Of a stretch of DNA of 48,047 nucleotides, positions 45,539 through 48,047 are shown piece by piece. Each line of letters starts with the position of its first letter. The stretch's first letter is position 1. The stretch is from a virus. Made by a program: the position numbers and the translations under genes. The notes under the pieces were generated by a model. The model searched no databases. It worked only from the letters and a program-made list of their open reading frames with translations, and had not been told where the DNA came from. Where the stretch lies: UHGV virus genome UHGV-1377581; one strand, written 5' to 3'.

Positions 45539-45610
45539 CACAAATTGCTAAACGTACCCGCTTAATTGCGGGTATAGTTATTCCATCGAAACGCAACGGA
45601 GAAAACAAGA
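45536..45610 (+). promoter_or_regulatory. cassette E16 (TAGCACAAATTGCTAAAC, hairpin ACCCGC/GCGGGT, TATAGT, TTCCATCGAAAC)
   Basis: 22-bp spacer. Confidence 0.55.
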
Positions 45611-45820
45611 ATGAAATTCACGATCGCAGTAATGACCGCACTATTTTCTATGTATGGGCCTGGTGCTCTTATCTTTCCAATCATGATTTTGTGGGTTTGT
45701 GGGATTGTTGACGTCATGCACCACAAAACGATGATTAATATCAGAGTGAATCGCCTAATTAGCGATATCGAAGGCGCTTGCAAAAACACTAAATTTACGG
45801 TGGTGAAATATGATATATAA
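45611..45820 (+). CDS. small membrane protein (two predicted transmembrane helices)
   Basis: Hydrophobic segments. SD GGAGAA. Confidence 0.5.
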   Translation: MKFTIAVMTALFSMYGPGALIFPIMILWVCGIVDVMHHKTMINIRVNRLISDIEGACKNTKFTVVKYDI

Positions 45821-45992
45821 AAAACTGGCTGACGTATGCCGCGAAGTTCTGAAGATGAATAACGGCGGCGCAACGATGGCGGAGATGCAAAATAAGATCG
45901 AATCGCATGTTGGCTTTAAATTGAGTTGCAGAAACAAATCCGACTTTCTGGAACTGGTAAACATCTATATCGAAATTGGAAATGAGAAATAA
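45810..45992 (+). CDS. hypothetical protein
   Basis: ORF overlapping the previous gene by 11 nt. Confidence 0.45.
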   Translation: MIYKKLADVCREVLKMNNGGATMAEMQNKIESHVGFKLSCRNKSDFLELVNIYIEIGNEK

Positions 45993-45993
45993 A

Positions 45994-46431
45994 ATGGCAA
46001 AGTCAATCAAAATTAAATGCACCTCAAGCCGTGCTGTTAATATCCAGGAAAACAACCTTTATTCCGCTCGCATTGACGACGAAGGCAATGTGTCAATGAT
46101 GGTATATAACAGCGCCGAACTGAAGAAGAAGCGCGTTTACTTGTCGGTCGGCATTAGCGGTGAGTTGTTCATTGCTGGCGTTGGCGGCGTGGTGGTGGCG
46201 ACGTTTATCGAACTGAAAACGAAAACCCTGAAATGCGTTGGCCTCGACCACAAAAACCCGGTGAAAAAATCCTTCACCGTCGGCAAGCGTTACCAGGTGG
46301 AAAGTGGTCGAGCGCTGGGAGGCGTCGCCGGGTACATCTTCGACCGTGACGGTTGCCGCTGGACGCTCTACCGTGAGGAAGTCGGTTTCAGCGTGTCGGA
46401 CGGAACCACGTTTGAGGCGAAATACCTGTAA
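45994..46431 (+). CDS. hypothetical protein
   Basis: ATG MAKSIKIK right after the upstream stop. Confidence 0.5.
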   Translation: MAKSIKIKCTSSRAVNIQENNLYSARIDDEGNVSMMVYNSAELKKKRVYLSVGISGELFIAGVGGVVVATFIELKTKTLKCVGLDHKNPVKKSFTVGKRYQVESGRALGGVAGYIFDRDGCRWTLYREEVGFSVSDGTTFEAKYL

Positions 46432-46555
46432 CGAATTCGGGGCCATGCGACCCGATAACCTAAGCACATTTTGCAAGTGCGTTTAGATTATCACTGGATC
46501 TCGGATTTAAGACGGCTTATCATTAGCCGCACGATTAACCAATCAGGAGCAAGGC

Positions 46556-48047
46556 ATGTTTTTAAATGACCGCGTGTCCCCACAAGATATTATTGCCATC
46601 GCAGAGAAGGAAGGCATCAGCCCCTTGCGCGTCGCCATCCGTGCGAACGGGTATCGCGACTCCGTTTCTTTCTGGCCCAAGCCGAAAGATATCGACGTAA
46701 ACGCGGATAAATACCCAACAATCTCGATCGCCAATGATTACGATGTGGTCGGCAAGCTGGCGCTAAATGCAGCGCGTTCTGTTCAGTTCCCGGAATCATC
46801 CGCTTACATGCACTTTCTCGGAACCGTGTCCGCCGCGATGATGGGTCGCTTTTGGGTCGAGTACCACGGCAGCGAGCAACCGACAACGCTTTACGTTATC
46901 ACGTCGCAGCCGCCTTCCGCTGGTAAGTCTGCCATTAACTCGCTGGCCATCGATCCGATCGTCGCCGAAGTCGAGCGCATTAACGAGTCGCGCAAGAAGG
47001 AGCGTAAGAAAATCATGGCGAAGCTGTCCGCCAACAAGCAGGCGCTAAAAGGGGAGTTATCGCAATCTGATATGGTGAAACTTTTCGAGGATCGTGACGA
47101 ACTGGAAGAGAAACTTGAAAAATTATGTGATCTAACTTTCCCGGTATCCGATACCACCCCGGAAGGTCTGGCGAAGATTAACAACCGCCAGGGCAACTTT
47201 GCCGTTATCTCGGATGAGGCGACGGCGGTTAACAGCCTTTTGGGGATCACGTATGGCAACGATGGTGGCAAGAAGACGAACAGCGAACTGGTGCTCAAAG
47301 CATGGGATAAAGGCCACGTATCGATCGCTCGTGCCGACGTTAGCAATAATATGTCATTTGTGGCTTTGGGCTGCATTTGCGTAATTGCACAGGATGAAAC
47401 CATCGACGCCATCATGCAAGCGGGTTCTCGCGGGATCGGTGTCTCGGAGCGTTTCCTTTTGGTTCGTGAGCAAACCCGTTTAGGCGAACGCGTGTTCATC
47501 GACGAAAACGGGAATTCGACCTATGAGCCGATCGACCAGTCACTGAAGGCAGATTACTTCCGGCTGATTCATGACATTATGAGCGAGTCGAACGTTAAGT
47601 TGCAGGTTACGGATGCAGCCATGCGGAGACTGAATAAGGCCCGCCAGGAGTTAGAACCGGAGTTAGGCGACGGCGGCAAGTATTCGCATACTATGCTTCG
47701 CGGTGCGATGGGTAAGTTTGATAAGCAGGTTATGCGTCTGGCTTCCGTGATTCACACGATCCGGAACTGGCAACCATGCGGGAAGCGCTCGAAGAAGATC
47801 GACACGGCGACCATTGACGAAGCGATCATCATGTTCCATGAATTGAGCAAAACGTATTTGTCGTCGGCTGACTCTTCCGGCTTTGCTGGTGAGGGCGCGG
47901 AAATTAAAGCGCTGTATGACGTTATCGCCAGTCGTTGCAAACAGGCAAAAGGTGTTATGACCGTCCAGGGCATTTATAACGCCTGCCGCAACCTGAAGAT
48001 CTTCAAAGGCCAGGCCGGGGTGAGCAAAAAGATTAAGGAACGCTTAT
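46556..48047 (+). CDS. P-loop NTPase replication protein (DUF3987/primase-associated helicase-like), truncated at the 3' end by the window
   Basis: Walker A motif QPPSAGKS. Open to the last base. SD CAGGAG. Frame continues at window base 1. Confidence 0.55.
   Translation, partial: MFLNDRVSPQDIIAIAEKEGISPLRVAIRANGYRDSVSFWPKPKDIDVNADKYPTISIANDYDVVGKLALNAARSVQFPESSAYMHFLGTVSAAMMGRFWVEYHGSEQPTTLYVITSQPPSAGKSAINSLAIDPIVAEVERINESRKKERKKIMAKLSANKQALKGELSQSDMVKLFEDRDELEEKLEKLCDLTFPVSDTTPEGLAKINNRQGNFAVISDEATAVNSLLGITYGNDGGKKTNSELVLKAWDKGHVSIARADVSNNMSFVALGCICVIAQDETIDAIMQAGSRGIGVSERFLLVREQTRLGERVFIDENGNSTYEPIDQSLKADYFRLIHDIMSESNVKLQVTDAAMRRLNKARQELEPELGDGGKYSHTMLRGAMGKFDKQVMRLASVIHTIRNWQPCGKRSKKIDTATIDEAIIMFHELSKTYLSSADSSGFAGEGAEIKALYDVIASRCKQAKGVMTVQGIYNACRNLKIFKGQAGVSKKIKERL

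Noticed and set aside
46461-46490. CTAAGCACATTTTGCAAGTGC resembling cassette box 1 upstream of the P-loop gene
   Set aside because: The second half-site is wrong and there is no -10 box at 22-bp spacing. Only the CCAATCAGGAGC leader is shared. Kept as a weak variant, not counted.
1-48047. tRNA genes or a prophage integrase/attachment site
   Set aside because: No cloverleaf-like conserved tRNA stretches were noticed by eye and no integrase-like ORF is present. The gene set fits a virulent T1-like phage. A tRNAscan run would be needed to exclude tRNAs formally.

Overview
This window looks like an essentially complete genome of a T1-like siphovirus (Drexlerviridae/Tunavirinae type). Coding density is about 92 percent, there is no integrase, and the modules are clear.

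Gene content by region:
- 1140-9101 (minus strand): lysis cassette (u-spanin, SAR endolysin, holin), a split T4-Pnk-like kinase and HAD phosphatase, an HTH-fused metallophosphoesterase, Dam N6-adenine methyltransferase, a Cor-like lipoprotein, a VRR-NUC nuclease and an SNF2-type helicase.
- 9124-15706 (plus strand): a Cro-like HTH protein, a primase, then a rightward operon of RecE-like exonuclease, ERF annealing protein, SSB (DFDDDIPF tail) and a tail fibre with 21-bp tandem repeats.
- 15932-36000 (minus strand): a complete lambda-like virion module. In transcription order it runs TerS, TerL, portal, gp7-family head protein, protease/scaffold, head protein, HK97-fold MCP, connectors, major tail protein, G/GT chaperones with a frameshift, tape measure, M, L, K, I and J.
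- 36257-42140 (minus strand): about 17 small early genes.
- 42804 to the window end (plus strand): about 12 small genes, including a C5-methyltransferase-like protein and a P-loop replication protein.

The P-loop protein's reading frame runs off the 3' end of the window and continues in phase at base 1, so the record is probably a circular or circularly permuted genome opened inside that gene. An HNH-AP2 homing endonuclease sits immediately after it.

The most striking non-coding signal is a tripartite cassette repeated at least 16 times at gene boundaries. Its parts are: a palindrome TAGCA-N5-TGCTA whose TAG is usually the stop codon of the upstream gene; a GC-rich hairpin inside a constant 22-bp spacer; a -10-like hexamer; and a conserved leader (CCCATCGAAAC plus a ribosome-binding site). 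The palindrome is centred near -42 relative to the -10 box. This looks like an activator- or operator-controlled early promoter overlapping an intrinsic terminator.

Two long non-coding regions, 10561-11047 and 42156-42803, carry perfect GTAAGAT-NN-ATCTTAC palindromes. They also share a roughly 90-bp AT-rich module that occurs as an inverted repeat about 31.6 kb apart and points into the two divergent operons. Coordinates of non-ORF features are approximate, within a few bases.
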